From: Paraphysomonas bandaiensis
Taxonomy: Eukaryota; Protista; Chrysophyceae
Direction of reading: 5' to 3'
Assembly: GCA_965644295.1 (NCBI GenBank)
Contig: CBFFRP010000032.1
Span: forward strand, 1 to 64,000
Length of the DNA: 64,000 bases
Shown: positions 11,901-25,442 of the stretch, in pieces
How positions within the stretch are numbered: the stretch's first letter is position 1
Layout of the letters: every line of letters begins with the position of its first letter
Program-made: the position numbers and the translations under genes
The notes under the pieces: model-generated
What the model saw: only the letters and a program-made list of their open reading frames with translations
Database searches by the model: none
What the model was told of the DNA's origin: nothing

Positions 11901-14518
11901 TTGCAGTTGGCGCGAAATTTCAAAGATATGAAGCTTGAGAATGATGCTCATTTAGCGCGCATTCAAGATAAAGTAGAAGAGATATGCAAGGCTAGTTGAA
12001 GGCCTTTTGATCATTCATCTATATATCTGACTGTATTTTAATTTTTCAGGCTAATTATATGCAATTGGAATTGCACCTGCCTCAACGCCAGCCCAGGAAG
12101 CGTCGTCCCAGTACAGGTACTGATATGGGAGGACCGACTTCATCGGAACGCCCGCCACTTAGAATAAGGTCTCATAGTATGGGTGACACAAACTCCATCG
12201 TTAGTGAGGACTGGGAGAGGTGTTTCGACATGTTGTGTGGTTTATACGCTCATAATGCACTAATGCAGGCACCACCAGTCATCTTCGTCTTCCTCCTCGT
12301 CGTCGTCTTCCAGCTCCGACGATTCCTACAGTAGCAGCCTGGAGAGCCCAAGCTCAAGTGATGACAGTGGAGCAGACGTGGGGACATCCACTAATGATGA
12401 TATAAAGTCCAAGCCAACTCCCAGTAAAGTAAACATAAAGTCACGTGCGCTATCTATGTCTCCCGTGCAATCGGAAGATGGAAGGTATACAATCTCATTC
12501 TTTGCTGTAGTTATTGTACGCTTATATGTTCCTAGTGGGAGTGTGACGGCGTCCCCTTTCTCTCCGAACGACAAGCCTTCAAGAAATCGCGACCATAGCA
12601 ATTCTATTGGAAACTCGGTCGCTTCTGCTGGAGAGACACGCAGGCAGCAACGCAGGAGGAGAAAGCTAAAGAAGAACTTATTTGAAGATGACCGCAAGCC
12701 CTTTGTGTTCGAGGTTGCAGACTTAACAATAGTAGTATTGATCTCATTTTTGATAGGTGGACGATGAGACCGACCTTGACCTGATGTGTGTTTTAGCCGA
12801 TCGATCAGTGCCTACCAGCATGCAGCTGGTAAATACGCAGGTTTGAGTATATAATCGGAAAGTGTCATTTTTGGGGTTACATAGTGCTGTCCAGGTCGTA
12901 CCAGGTGCAGATTCTCTCGCCGGTTTAAATCATTGTGTGGATGGAGTCGCTGATGTGTGTTCTGCCAAGGAGGTGAAAGTGGTCAGGCGTGTGAGACTCC
13001 CCCCTCGGCCGGCATCTGCTGGACTCCGCGGAGGTATTAACCACATCATCTCCGGGCTATTCCAGGTATGACGTTTAGTTCAGTGCATGGGGTCTTTCAT
13101 TATTTTTGGTTACAGGATGCATACGCCCGTCTGTGCTTCTCACAAAGAAGTACTGTGCCTACTGAGGTTGTACTTGTACCTTAAATCTGTCTTCATGGCT
13201 CTGTTAATATTTTTCTTCCGTAGATTCTCGGACTATGGCATAACGTAACCATAATGGAGGACGATACTATCGAAATTATTGTAATAGCAACGGTGAGCTT
13301 ATTATGTAGTTTATATCCTGAGTCTGACACAATGATCAAAAGAGTCACTATCACACCAGAAACCCGCATAGTATACCTCCCGTTCGCACATCGAGCAGCA
13401 CACAGGAAGAAGGGCAAGGGGCGATAAGCGAACAGGCGAACATGTTTCCACCTTCGGGAGCTGGGCCTATAATTCCAGCGTCGTCGTTTGCATTTCCGTT
13501 GCAATCCTTTCAGCCACAGGAATCAGTACTTCCGCGTCCCATTCCTCTCTTGACACACTTTAGCAACAGGTAAGCTCTTCATCTTGTGTCGTATCAATAT
13601 TGAATTCTCCTACTTTTTCTACTGGCATTTGTGAAGTCATACGTACGAGTCAAGTCGCACACTTCACTCTAATATTAGCGTGGGAGACCTTGAATCCAAA
13701 ATCTCCACTTCTATGGGCCTAGCCTCTTCTCCAGAGCAATCATCTGGGTTTCTATACCCTCGCCAGGAGAGTGTTCAGTCCGTACTTTCCCAATCTTTGG
13801 GAGGGCGCCATGCGGATTATTCTCTCTTTTCTTCTACTCCCTTTCCTGCAGTACGAGGATCATCGAGATCTACCTCTATACAACCCCTCACACTCTCTGT
13901 ACCAAAGGTACCAAAAGAATTAGCTAGTTTCAAATATGAAGTTTATGCTAACACCCACTATCGTAATAGGTGGTGCTGTCCACGCTTTGCTACATTCCTC
14001 ATACCAGGTATTATGACCTGTGACTAATGTAAACGTGGTTCACACAGTTATACCGACAGAATAGTAAGGTATCTGGGTCCGTTGCAATTACACTTTATCA
14101 AGGAGTCGTGGGCTGTAAGGGGGGAAGGTAGGGCGTGTGTAGTGCTCTCAATGCTTTTTACATGTTTTGCAGGTTTGCTAGGTTCGTTCTTCTACAGATT
14201 CTTATCTGAAATTGATGCTGCGGCACGTGCCCAAGTTGCTGCACTGGGTGGCAATGCATTGTTATGTCACAGGTAATTTTCAATGTATAGATTTTTAATA
14301 CTTAGACTGTGCGTTCCAGAATTGTACCTGTCGAGTCAGGCAGCAGGGTCTCCAGGAATCAAGCCTATAACATGATATCTGTTTATGGTGATGCTGTGCT
14401 AGTCGAAAGCGTATTACCGCCAGTAGTGGCTGACACACCTCAGGTGGGTCCTGATAACGCTTCACTATTAACTCCAGCTGATATAAAGCCGAATAATAAA
14501 ACCCGCACCACGAGCTGA
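8919..14518 (+). CDS. C2CD5: C2 domain-containing protein 5 (C2CD5/KIAA0528/CDP138) homolog, many short introns
   Basis: N-terminus MPSLIKIRV/VEGRDLPVMDR..FTDSYVEIRLG..RKTLNPLWDEEFRFEVVDD; also GWFPLYDTLRGIQG, GKKVIEAGGNAVLGY..FDVEGDSGIVARAYGTAC, PCLMCGRKWVPE, HFIKES and ARAQVAALGGNALL. Not every exon boundary was resolved. Confidence 0.9.
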
Positions 14519-15594
14519 ATAAATACTAGTTGTTCACAAAAGTATAATAAGAATGAAATTTTAGAAATTGTCGTCGTTGTCCTATATTGCAGGGCCTGGT
14601 ATCCATAAATGGTAATGACATTATAATTGCAGGAACATATTGTATTAATGGCCATTATAATTGCGGGGAAGTGAGGTCCCATTAATGTGCCATTAAAGAC
14701 ATTTAATTATACTTGATATGTGCTATAAAGAACTAAGTATTTTTAAGATCTAATATCTCCACTATTCTCCGACACTCTAGAATATGTTCATACAACTTCA
14801 CTGCTACTGTGTGGCATCTTTGCGCATTATCAGCTGCAAACTTACACCAACGATTGAAGCGCCTGAATTGTGTTTTTTTCTTTTTTCTATTAGCAGCTGC
14901 AATGATATATGTATGACGTAGGCGTGTAAGAGTCAAAAAACTTTATGTACGGCATATATATATGTTCGGGTAAAGTAGTGAATGTCTGATTATTAGCAAT
15001 AGGCGTGGAAGAGGAATTAGAACCAATAGCAATAGCAAAACAATTTAACCAACTAGTTCGTAACTCTGATATCTTACTATTTACTATTTGGCGCAACCAC
15101 TTTCGCTCACTGTCCTTGAGGTGAACAGCCCGGATGCTTGACTTCAGTAGGCAGCCCAATACTTCGGATGCCCTTGAGGTGGGCCCATTCGTCAGGGGCC
15201 AAAAAGACGTCTACGCAATTGACATCTCTTATTAAAGTCTCTGGTACCACACAAGCATTTGGCTATGCGTGGACAGAAGAATATATACTGACTATATATG
15301 CGGCTCACGTTGGTTTACCGAAGAAATATTTCCAGTGCTTATCTACCACAGAACACCACGTGCGACTGCCTTATTATTCATCCTCCATCAACCCAAACTC
15401 TAATATAGTGCTTGCGAATTTTATATTTTTATGTACTTCTCTATATGAAAAATGAAAAATATCAATGACTCTATAACCTGCTGGTGATGATATTCGTAAC
15501 GCTTTATTGTTTTTGTATATATACTTAGCTTTATTCTGGTAAGGCCAATGACCCCAACCATATCCAAAACTTCTAAAGAAGGCATTAAAAAGTT
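14099..15594 (+). repeat. Copy 1 of a 1496-bp direct duplication (C2CD5 3' end plus left part of a hAT element)
   Basis: Repeated at 16927-18422 (offset 2828) with about four substitutions seen. Confidence 0.95.
14975..15365 (-). mobile_element. SINE-like copy B (degenerate 5' end), nested in a hAT element; duplicated at 17803-18193
   Basis: Shares GTAGTGAATGTCTGATTATTAGC, CCCGGATGCTTGACTTCAG and GCGGCTCACGTT..GAACACCACG with the other copies. Confidence 0.8.
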
Positions 15595-16926
15595 GTAAAG
15601 CCGTGGGCTTTTATAACACCCTTTAACACGTTTTATGACATCATCATAATAATATTGATAACTATATTATTGCAATAACGATATGATAACATAATATGTA
15701 GGGTATATGTAGCTGGTTTTGTATTGATGACAACAAAAGACAGATTATTATTAGGAGAGAGCGAGACAGCAGAGACTACTAGGATTTACCCTCACTACTA
15801 GGATTTACCCTCGAACACACGTTTTCTTTGGTCTACGCGATTGCTACCCGTTGGTTTACGCCTATATCCATACGGTAGTCGGTGTCATAGCGTTTTGGGT
15901 TGGGAAGCATTGATTGGTACCGCATGTGCGATATTCGTAGTCCATTCATCATTATGAGAAGCTTTCTGATGGTTTTGAACAGCTCTATGTGCTTGCTCAT
16001 CGTTCCGGACTATGATATACGATTATTTTCCCATTATCACACACCGTCGATTTTCTGTGGAACGGGAGAGAACTCGTACGGTGCCATTGGGCGCAGATGC
16101 ATAGGCGTTCTAGGCATGCTGATGGTAAAATTTCCCTATGTATAGATGGCTAGGTCTGTTGTACACTGGTTCGCAGGAATGGCGATGTTTAACGGGTTGA
16201 AATGTGATTGCAGTTGTCATGAAATGTGCTTGCAATTTTTGTGGATTCGAATATTGTCATTTTTGGGTGTTTGTGGCTCGAAAATCGGCGATTTTCTGCA
16301 ATTCTCAAAAATTGGGGATTTTTGGGTTTTGGGGCTCAAAAATCGGAGTTTTTTGGAAAGGACCTATTTTGGCGTATTTCAGGGCATTTTTGACTATAAA
16401 CGATGTAGGATATGAATCGTATGTAGTGTAGTACATGTATGAGCATATTGTACGGTTGTGGTTGCATTCAATGTCCTGTGTATGAGGAGGAGTCTTTAGA
16501 CTAGGTGTCTGTCTTTTGTTTTGCTTGTAACTTTAGTTTTAATAATAATTCTCTATGAAATTAACATAGTTGGTTGACTGATCTGTCTATTGGGAGCTTT
16601 AGATTGCAGGATACTTGGGAGCTTGTATCTCTGGCTGTTGGTTTCTTAAAGAGTTATTATTATAGTTTTCTGTTTTGTTGTTTCGACAAACAACCATTTC
16701 ACATATCTTTTCAGTGATCTTAGGTCTGCAAACAACCATTTCACATATCTTTTCAGTGATCTTAGGTCTGCAAACAACCATTTCACATATCTTTTCAGTG
16801 ATCTTAGGTCTGCGGGCAGACCTAAGATCACTGAAAAGATATGTGAAATGGTTGTTTGTCGAAACAACAAAACAGAAAACTATAATAATAACTCTTTAAG
16901 AAACCAACAGCCAGAGATACAAGCTC
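15595..16926. other. 1.33-kb insert of unknown origin between the duplicated segments
   Basis: No homology elsewhere in the window. Small hairpin AAAGCC-GTG-GGCTTT at the left end, tandem ACTACTAGGATTTACCCTC x2 (~15775-15812), long fold-back at the right end. Confidence 0.8.
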
Positions 16927-16927
16927 C
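16618..16927. repeat. Fold-back palindrome: 196-bp left arm (three 42-bp units), 2-nt loop, 112-bp right arm (one unit)
   Basis: Unit AAACAACCATTTCACATATCTTTTCAGTGATCTTAGGTCTGC x3, centre GGTCTGC-GG-GCAGACC at 16807-16822, then the reverse complement of 16618-16729. Confidence 0.95.
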
Positions 16928-17346
16928 AAGGAGTCGTGGGCTGTAAGGGGGGAAGGTAGGGCGTGTGTAGTGCTCTCAATGCTTTTTACATGTTTTGCAG
17001 GTTTGCTAGGTTCTTTCTTCTACAGATTCTTATCTGAAATTGATGCTGCGGCACGTGCCCAAGTTGCTGCACTGGGTGGCAATGCATTGTTATGTCACAG
17101 GTAATTTTCAATGTATAGATTTTTAATACTTAGACTGTGCGTTCCAGAATTGTACCTGTCGAGTCAGGCAGCAGGGTCTCCAGGAATCAAGCCTATAACA
17201 TGATATCTGTTTATGGTGATGCTGTGCTAGTCGAAAGCGTATTACCGCCAGTAGTGGCTGACACACCTCAGGTGGGTCCTGATAACGCTTCACTATTAAC
17301 TCCAGCTGATATAAAGCCGAATAATAAAACCCGCACCACGAGCTGA
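16927..17346 (+). pseudogene. Duplicated terminal exons of C2CD5 without promoter or 5' exons
   Basis: Copy of 14099-14518 with introns retained. Confidence 0.85.
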
Positions 17347-18422
17347 ATAAATACTAGTTGTTCACAAAAGTATAATAAGAATGAAATTTTAGAAATTGTC
17401 GTCGTTGTCCTATATTGCAGGGCCTGGTATCCATAAATGGTAATGACATTATAATTGCAGGAACATATTGTATTAATGGCCATTATAATTGCGGGGAAGT
17501 GAGGTCCCATTAATGTGCCATTAAAGACATTTAATTATACTTGATATGTGCTATAAAGAACTAAGTATTTTTAAGATCTAATATCTCCACTATTCTCCGA
17601 CACTCTAGAATATGTTCATACAACTTCACTGCTACTGTGTGGCATCTTTGCGCATTATCAGCTGCAAACTTACACCAACGATTGAAGCGCCTGAATTGTG
17701 TTTTTTTCTTTTTTCTATTAGCAGCTGCAATGATATATGTATGACGTAGGCGTGTAAGAGTCAAAAAACTTTATGTACGGCATATATATATGTTCGGGTA
17801 AAGTAGTGAATGTCTGATTATTAGCAATAGGCGTGGAAGAGGAATTAGAACCAATAGCAATAGCAAAACAATTTAACCAACTAGTTCGTAACTCTGATAT
17901 CTTACTATTTACTATTTGGCGCAACCACTTTCGCTCACTGTCCTTGAGGTGAACAGCCCGGATGCTTGACTTCAGTAGGCAGCCCAATACTTCGGATGTC
18001 CTTGAGGTGGGCCCATTCGTCAGGGGCCAAAAAGACGTCTACGCAATTGACATCTCTTATTAAAGTCTCTGGTACCACACAAGCATTTGGCTATGCGTGG
18101 ACAGAAGAATATATACTGACTATATATGCGGCTCACGTTGGTTTACCGAAGAAATATTTCCAGTGCTTATCTACCACAGAACACCACGTGCAACTGCCTT
18201 ATTATTCATCCTCCATCAACCCAAACTCTAATATAGTGCTTGCGAATTTTATATTTTTATGTACTTCTCTATATGAAAAATGAAAAATATCAATGACTCT
18301 ATAACCTGCTGGTGATGATATTCGTAACGCTTTATTATTTTTGTATATATACTTAGCTTTATTCTGGTAAGGCCAATGACCCCAACCATATCCAAAACTT
18401 CTAAAGAAGGCATTAAAAAGTT
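16927..18422 (+). repeat. Copy 2 of the 1496-bp direct duplication
   Basis: Near-identical to 14099-15594; identical ORF track entries offset by 2828. Confidence 0.95.
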
Positions 18423-19185
18423 ACAACTAGAAAACATTTTCATAAAAACATTAATTTCCCAAGTCTGGGATGCAGGAATTGTTGCCAGTGCAATTTTTGA
18501 GAAGACAGTGGCCAAATTTCAGGGCAACGATGAAAGAGGGCTGACAGGCAATAAGAAAAGAGCGGTTCGACATTTATCTATTGATGTCATCATGCACCAA
18601 AAGCTCAACATAAATCGACATTCTCAATATTTCACCAGGTTTTGGCCGTTTCACCAGGTTTGGTCATCACATCGACTTTTCGACAATTTCATGACGGAAC
18701 TGACTTTGCATATATCGTGTTCTGGACAGCGCCGAGGTCAGCAAGAGAGCTCGACACAGTACATACAAGACCACTTTTCCGCAGATTTCTTCATGTTGAA
18801 GCAATTTCTGAGAGGCTCTTTATTAGTCGAACAAAGTTGACTGTAACACCAAATATGAATCGTTGCTATCCCTTCGAACCAAGTATACGTTGTGGGATAA
18901 TGCTAAAATACCATCCATGTGGTTTTGTAAGAAGTTTCTGGTGGGCCAATATGGAGAGCACGAAGAATGATGATGTGTAGTTACGGTTTGTAGTCTGTTA
19001 TTAAACCTAATTATTATAAGGTGGGACCACACGAAATATTATGAGCAATCTTATCTACTTAGTCATTGACGCCACCATTAATGGGCATTAATGGTAATTA
19101 CTGACCATCAAAATTGCCTATATATATTTTATTTATGGGGAAACTGGTAACTTATGAATTGTCTACTAACGGTTACCAGGCCCTG
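17418..19185 (-). mobile_element. Degenerate hAT-family DNA transposon (left part also at 14590-15594)
   Basis: TIR CAGGGCCTGGTA...TACCAGGCCCTG; 8-bp TSD CTATATTG/CTATATGG (7/8 match); minus-strand remnant CPEIWPL../KIALATIPASQ..FSSC resembles the hAT dimerisation domain. Confidence 0.8.
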
Positions 19186-20110
19186 CTATATGGTATCATC
19201 AGAAACTGAACACTTGATAGCTAATAGAAGGTATCCACTGTAGAGAATAATAGAGGTAGTAAATCAGCGAAACAATAATTTTTAAAAAATAATTATCATG
19301 ATGAAAACAACAGACAGTGGAACATATGAATGGCAACATCGCAGACGAGTAATATTAATGCTTGCTTCCCTGGTTCCACATACGCCATCAACGTGGTAAA
19401 TTTGGCCGGAAATCAGGTGGGATATATATAGCAAACGATAACTTAAATTAATTGAAACTTATGAGTACAACAAAAGAGCTTATATTGTAAATTTTTCATA
19501 GAAGATCATACACAAAATAGATGATACATGAATACCTCAAAAGGTGCAATAGTTTTTATTTAATACTATCTAGCAAATAGCAACAAGGAAGCGATATAAG
19601 TGAAGGTGATCATACATCTTCATTGGAAGAAATTTGCCCTCCTCATCGACAATGAGACATACAAATACAAATGAGGAGCCATGAAGAAGCGCAGCGTACT
19701 ACACTGTTAAGGCTGATATCATAACCTAGATGTTTTATGGCACTCATAAGGGGAAGTTACTGTCCAAACGTCGTAGGGGCGCGTACAACTTCGAAAAAAG
19801 TAAAAAAATCTCAATACTTCTTTATTGTATACGGTATAATTATTTAATTTTACTATTTCAATGGAATGGCACCTCTAAGGTTCCTCAAAAGTAAAAAAAC
19901 AAGTTATCACAGAGTGAAAATATATCACTCAATATAATAAACACCACCACATGCTTAATGTACGGAGTAGACGCACTAACGAATTGCATATCTGAATCGT
20001 TGCGGCGGTTATAGATTCATCTTAATATAAAATCAGTGTTTCATAAAAAAAATACTCTCCAGTTTACAGATGTATAACTGTGTAGTGACGCGTGTAATAG
20101 CAAATTCGAA

Positions 20111-21269
20111 TCACAGCTCATCTATATATACGAGCATCGGTAAACCCCCTTCCATCGGTGGCCTACCATGCACGTGCTCGAGGATGGCTTCCGATAAGCT
20201 CGGTGGTCCGTACATATGGACCCTCGCCGTTTCGACCCCCCTCCAATTCTCTTCACTATCTACAGAGTCCAGGTACACTCCTATCACGTAACCATACGGG
20301 GAAAATGCTGAGAATAGGTGCATGATAGTGACGTTCGGAGTAAGATTGGACACGCGGAATACCCACCGGGTGCATTCCTGCTCTGAATAAAAGCCCGTGC
20401 CACTGTATTCCTTCATAGTGGATGATATCAGTGGTGGAGGAGGGGGATTGATGGTAGTATGTGAAAAATCATTCGAAGAAGTCATTGATATTAAAGCAGA
20501 GTCGCCAATAGAGTATGACATATGCCCCTTAGTATCCTGAGGCTGAGGACCTCCAGTACAATCGGACTTAAAAGAATAAAGTGAAGAGTCATTATTTTTC
20601 ATATCTGCGTGGTGAAGGGATGAGTTCAGATGATTCACATTGATTGGGTTGGAGCTTCGTTCTGGTGTTATGCCGTCGAGTTCGGCGATAGCTAGATACA
20701 TAAGATCATATGGATCATACTATTCATGCGTGTTGTCACCTCTATTACACGCACTAATAGAGGCGAACTCAATGACGACCATCCCGTGCTCATTCTCCTC
20801 ATATCCCATTACACAGCCAAACTTCAAAGAACAAATGTTATCACAATCACTTTGAGAACAGTATAATTACCTCGGAGAAAAGGATGATTGTGTCGGACTT
20901 AGAATACGTGCTATCAAGGCCAGTAACAACTACCTTGGTCGCATTACAACTGGGAGACTGACTTGGACGCGCAATATCGACCTGAATCTCTTCCCCTTCC
21001 ATCCTTAGACTGTCTTTCAGGAGCGCATCGGTGTTTTGTATCCCTTCACACACCACATAGCCGGATGCCACGGTGTCAGATGCTTCTTGTTTATTCACTT
21101 TTACAAACAGAACCCCTCCAAAATGCTCTTCGAATAATATCTGTGCGTGGAACTGACTGTTATAAATATCTTATCCGCATGTGTATATACACACCTGCAG
21201 CGCCCTCTCATCTACACTAGCAGGTAAATTATATACAATGAATGAGCACACATCCGGTTCAACATTCAT
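20111..21269 (-). CDS. RRM-domain RNA-binding protein (about 3 RRM-like units, at least 4 exons; start uncertain)
   Basis: RNP2-like motifs SFIVYNLPASVDERALQ, KVVVTGLDSTYS and VFRVSNLTPNVTIMHLFSAFSPYGYV, joined by plausible GT-AG introns. Confidence 0.65.
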
Positions 21270-24200
21270 AATTAAGGCACTGTATAGCCGGATGAAAGAT
21301 CAAGAATCAGATGGATATATTTTCATACTAGGGAAATTTTTATTCGATGTGTGTGGGATGTGAGGAGGGTTGGGAGCTGATGAGGGTTGCGCCCCCTCTC
21401 AGTGCATGTACATACGCAACACGAAGGCATCCAATTACACCTCACTCAAACCACACTAACCAATCGAATACCATACTTCATAATACACCCAATCAAACCA
21501 CTCTCTCGTGTGCTGCTGCTCGTGATGTATGTAGATATGTATATGGTGAATGTGGTGGGGATTTCTTTCGAAGTGCGTGTTCTGGATTATTACTAGTACT
21601 ATATTCTCGGCTTTTCAGTTTTTAATTTGGAGTATTCTAAAAAAACGTTTTTTATATGAAAGTGCAGCAACCGACCCCACTGCCTGGACCTCTACGAAGA
21701 TCTTATGAGGGGCGGGGTACTCTACGACTGAGAGGTATGCCATATGCTACGCAGTGAAGGCTTTGCGTTGGAATACGTGGATAGTGAATAGCATATGCAT
21801 CCTATTCCTTCTAGGTAGATGGGTTGCATAGCATCGACCGGAGATATCTCGTGTGCCTGTGTGTTACCTGATGGCACGCAGACATAAGGCTGGTGTCTGG
21901 TCCAGTATGTCTAGTATATTTCACTCATGTATGATGTCTAGTGGTAGTGAGTTAGAGAAGTGAGGTTCGCTGATATATGGGAGGTTTACGAGCATGAGTT
22001 CATGGTCAATCTCTCCCAGTAGAGTCTCTGTTATATTGTGGCGGTTGTCGTGGTGACTGTACACCCCATTTACTTTGGTGCCAAGTGACCCTCTTCTGGT
22101 GGATAGATTTGTTTGCTAGAATCTGTACAGTTTGGTAGTCTGTCCAGGTGGGAGTCGTGCATTGGGCTTATTCGAGAGCATAAGCAAGTGGTGACTGCTA
22201 CCCATGAAGGCTTTGTGATTTCAAAGGGTATTTTTGCGTCAAACAATTTTATTGCTTTTCAATCTACCCCTCAAGTAATGAGTTCGGTATGCAACAACTG
22301 TTTACAATAGAACCAGATCATGGGTTGTAACTTTACATAAAATGCATCTAGCATGCGCCGTTTACACAATTGCTTACAATAAGAGTGATACTAGGTGCTA
22401 TCATTCATTCCAAGGTTCTTTTGATTTTAATTTGGTTACTGAACACATGCTTCTCTCCCGCTACCTCACTCAACATATGTACCGCCTCCGTAACCTTTGG
22501 TAGTTTCCGCTGCCTCATCATTAGCCTATGCTGACTCAGACTTCATCTTTTTTCTCGTTTGTTCCCGTTTGATTCGTTCTCACCCCTTTGTCTACGACTC
22601 TTACCGACATCGTAATAATAATTTTATTGCGCTGGTTATTGTTTTAAAATCAGTCTATAAAACTATATCAGTAATAATAGTATTGTAGGGCCAGAGTACT
22701 AATTACAAAGTTCTGATCACAATGGTTTAGTGATATCAAAATGGATATTGTATAGAAATGTGGAATTATTCAATGTTTGGCAACAGGGCAATAGTGTGCT
22801 TTCTCCGGTACCGGATCCTCACCATATTATTACCACCTTATTATATAACACCTAAAGCAACGGTGTCATTTAAATCCTACTAAATTTTGCAGATGTTTCA
22901 ACCTAAGTAAAAGTGGTAGATGAATGGAATAAAATCTTATCTTCATTATATCTAAATAAGCTTCTTTTTGACCTGATTTTGGCTCAACAGGGCGCTCATA
23001 CCGGGAAAAATTTAGACATTCAACTTCAATATTCGGTTCAACAGAAGCTCACTTCTATCTTAATTATGATAGTGACAGTCATATGTATGTGATTTCATCA
23101 TAGTACACAGTACACAGTACACTATTATAGAGAAACCACAATCATGAGTTAAATCATTAGACACTTCAAGTTATATTCCACCCTTCGTCTGACGATGTGG
23201 AAGATGATAATGGTGTCAGTGCAAGCGATGTATCTTCATAGCCAGGACTTCGAAACAACATCAAGAATATTTCAGGAGAGTTTAGTACGTACACATCTGA
23301 TGCTGTATAGGTGGTTAAGGGCAGTGGCATCCAGTTCTTTCAGGGTGTGGTATTGCATTGTGCTTATGAGGATATGATGGGCCTCATATCATTCTCACAT
23401 CATTCAATCAGGTGCACTAGCAGAGGAAGTTAAGCTTAATGTATATAAATGTGATGATGATGCTAGTTAAGGCAATAAGAAACCTTTCGTGCGACTACAA
23501 CTGTTCACATTCATCATCACACTTATTTACGAAATTCAACACCTCGCAGTTGTTAATAATTTCATCAGTATCCATCTGTGGTTGGAGTGCATTTGTTGTA
23601 GCTATTATATATATAAATTCGGGGGGTTATTGTTTGAGTTGACATATAGTGCAATTGCTATTCCCAAAGCATGCACAGCCAGTATACATACCATTCATTT
23701 GAAACAATACGAATGCTCATTTGTTTTCTTAATGTTAATCTGGAAACGCCTATTTTTTATTACATCAAGCAAGCTACTAAAGTACCTATACAATCTAATA
23801 TGAAGTTTTCGACATCATGAGGATATTAAAGCTACAATTAAACATAGGGATAAGGAGTATCTTCCCTTGTCTATTTTTTAAAACTCGGACTTTTGCCCTC
23901 GTTTCAAAATTTTGAGCGCGGGACGATATATAGCCTCCTTATTGCCCGTGGTTAAATATAACTTAACATCGAATATATTACAGCCTGGGGTAACTCCTCA
24001 TTCATTGTGTACTGCTACTCACCACCGTCCCTATGTACTCTTTCCTACTGCTTATTTCCCCGCATTCCTGTATCCACATGTCCTCTCTTTCTTATTCCAT
24101 ATTCCCTGTATTCTCACCTATTCTGGCATTCTTCTTCTCTCTGTTATTATACACTCCGCAATAAGTCCATAAACTTGTTATTAGGCACTACTGTACACGT

Positions 24201-24415
24201 TTTTTACAAAATGACTCAACTCTTGGATATTATAATTCAGGACAGCATTCATGGTTGCCCTGTTCCCGGTATTTATAATGGAATTAATAAAAAACCTCCC
24301 GGCGATTACAATGGTCATTAATGACACTAATACCTAACTAGATAATATCGCCCACAATAGATAGTGTAGTGCCCCCTGAAGTTTTATAACAGACTACGAA
24401 GCGTAACTAAACATC

Positions 24416-24845
24416 GTAGTGAATGTCTGATTATTAGCAAAATAATTGAAATAACTAGTTCGTAACAATGATATCCTACTATTTTTTGGCACTATGATAG
24501 CTGCTTGTGCGTCGCCGCAATCACCAAGGTGCAACCACTTTCGCTCTCTGTTCTTAAGGTGATCAACCTGGATGCTTGACTTCAGCTGTAAGTAGCCCAA
24601 TACCCCTGATTCCCTTGAGGTGGGTCCATTCCCGGATGCCTGTTTATTCGTCAGGGCTCAAAACGACGTCTACACAAAAGACATCTCTTATTAGTGTCTC
24701 TTGTACCACAAGCATTTGGCTATGAGTTGGCAGAAGAATATATACTGACTATATATGCGGCTCACATTAGTTTCCCGGAAAAATATCTCCGGTACTAATC
24801 CCCCTGAACACCACGAAAAGGTGCAAGCCCGACTTCGTTTAGGGT
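24416..24845 (-). mobile_element. SINE-like copy C
   Basis: Full-length match to copy D, from tail GTAGTGAATGTC to the CCGACTTCGTTTAGGGT end; no TSD recognised. Confidence 0.8.
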
Positions 24846-25442
24846 TTCTCTTTCTCCACTGGCACATCAGGATCTTCTTTCAAGGCTTTATATGGAGGGT
24901 ATTTCATCTCACCATAGAAATAAGAAAGTGCTTGGACTCATTTATCGACTCCCAGGTGCCATAATCAAGAGACTCTCAGCAGCATTAGACTGAGGTAGTT
25001 GGAGTAATAGGTACTAAGTCAAGCTCTCAAGCTGTCCAGAACACACTGTGCAATAATTCCAGAATCATTCAGCCACAAATATCCAGTTTTCTCTTTAAAA
25101 CTCTCCTATAAAGTACACCACTAAGTTCCTATCTGCCCCGACATTATCCTACAGATACAGCTTACCCATGTGTTTAACCGTAATACATAATACTATTCGG
25201 GCGGTTATAAAAGTCTGTTGCGGTCGTATTTCTGCCCCAAACACTCCCTTTGTACTCACCTCATCCTACTTAACTGTATTAGCTATCTCCTGTCTCACTC
25301 AGTAAGAGATAAACTTCAAGAACACATTATTTTAAACTTCATTGTTAATTATTCAAAGACACTATTTGTCCGTAATATAGAACACACAATCGATATTTAC
25401 TAAGAACCGATTCTGTGCTTGACTCACATTCCTGTGTCGAGT

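Noticed and set aside
14890-15455. Short ORFs recurring in SINE-like copies (e.g. LKSSI..ERKWL)
   Set aside because: Frames are not conserved between copies; the similarity reflects a non-coding repeat.
16816-16870. Hammerhead ribozyme in the 42-bp repeat (CTGAAAAGATA...TGTCGAAAC)
   Set aside because: The core is CUGAAAA rather than CUGANGA and stem I would have only ~2 bp; suggestive of Penelope-type motifs but not supportable.
21660-24400. Possible further transposon remnants (e.g. TAGTATTGTAGGGCC also seen at ~36128)
   Set aside because: Only short matches; no ends, TSD or ORF could be defined.
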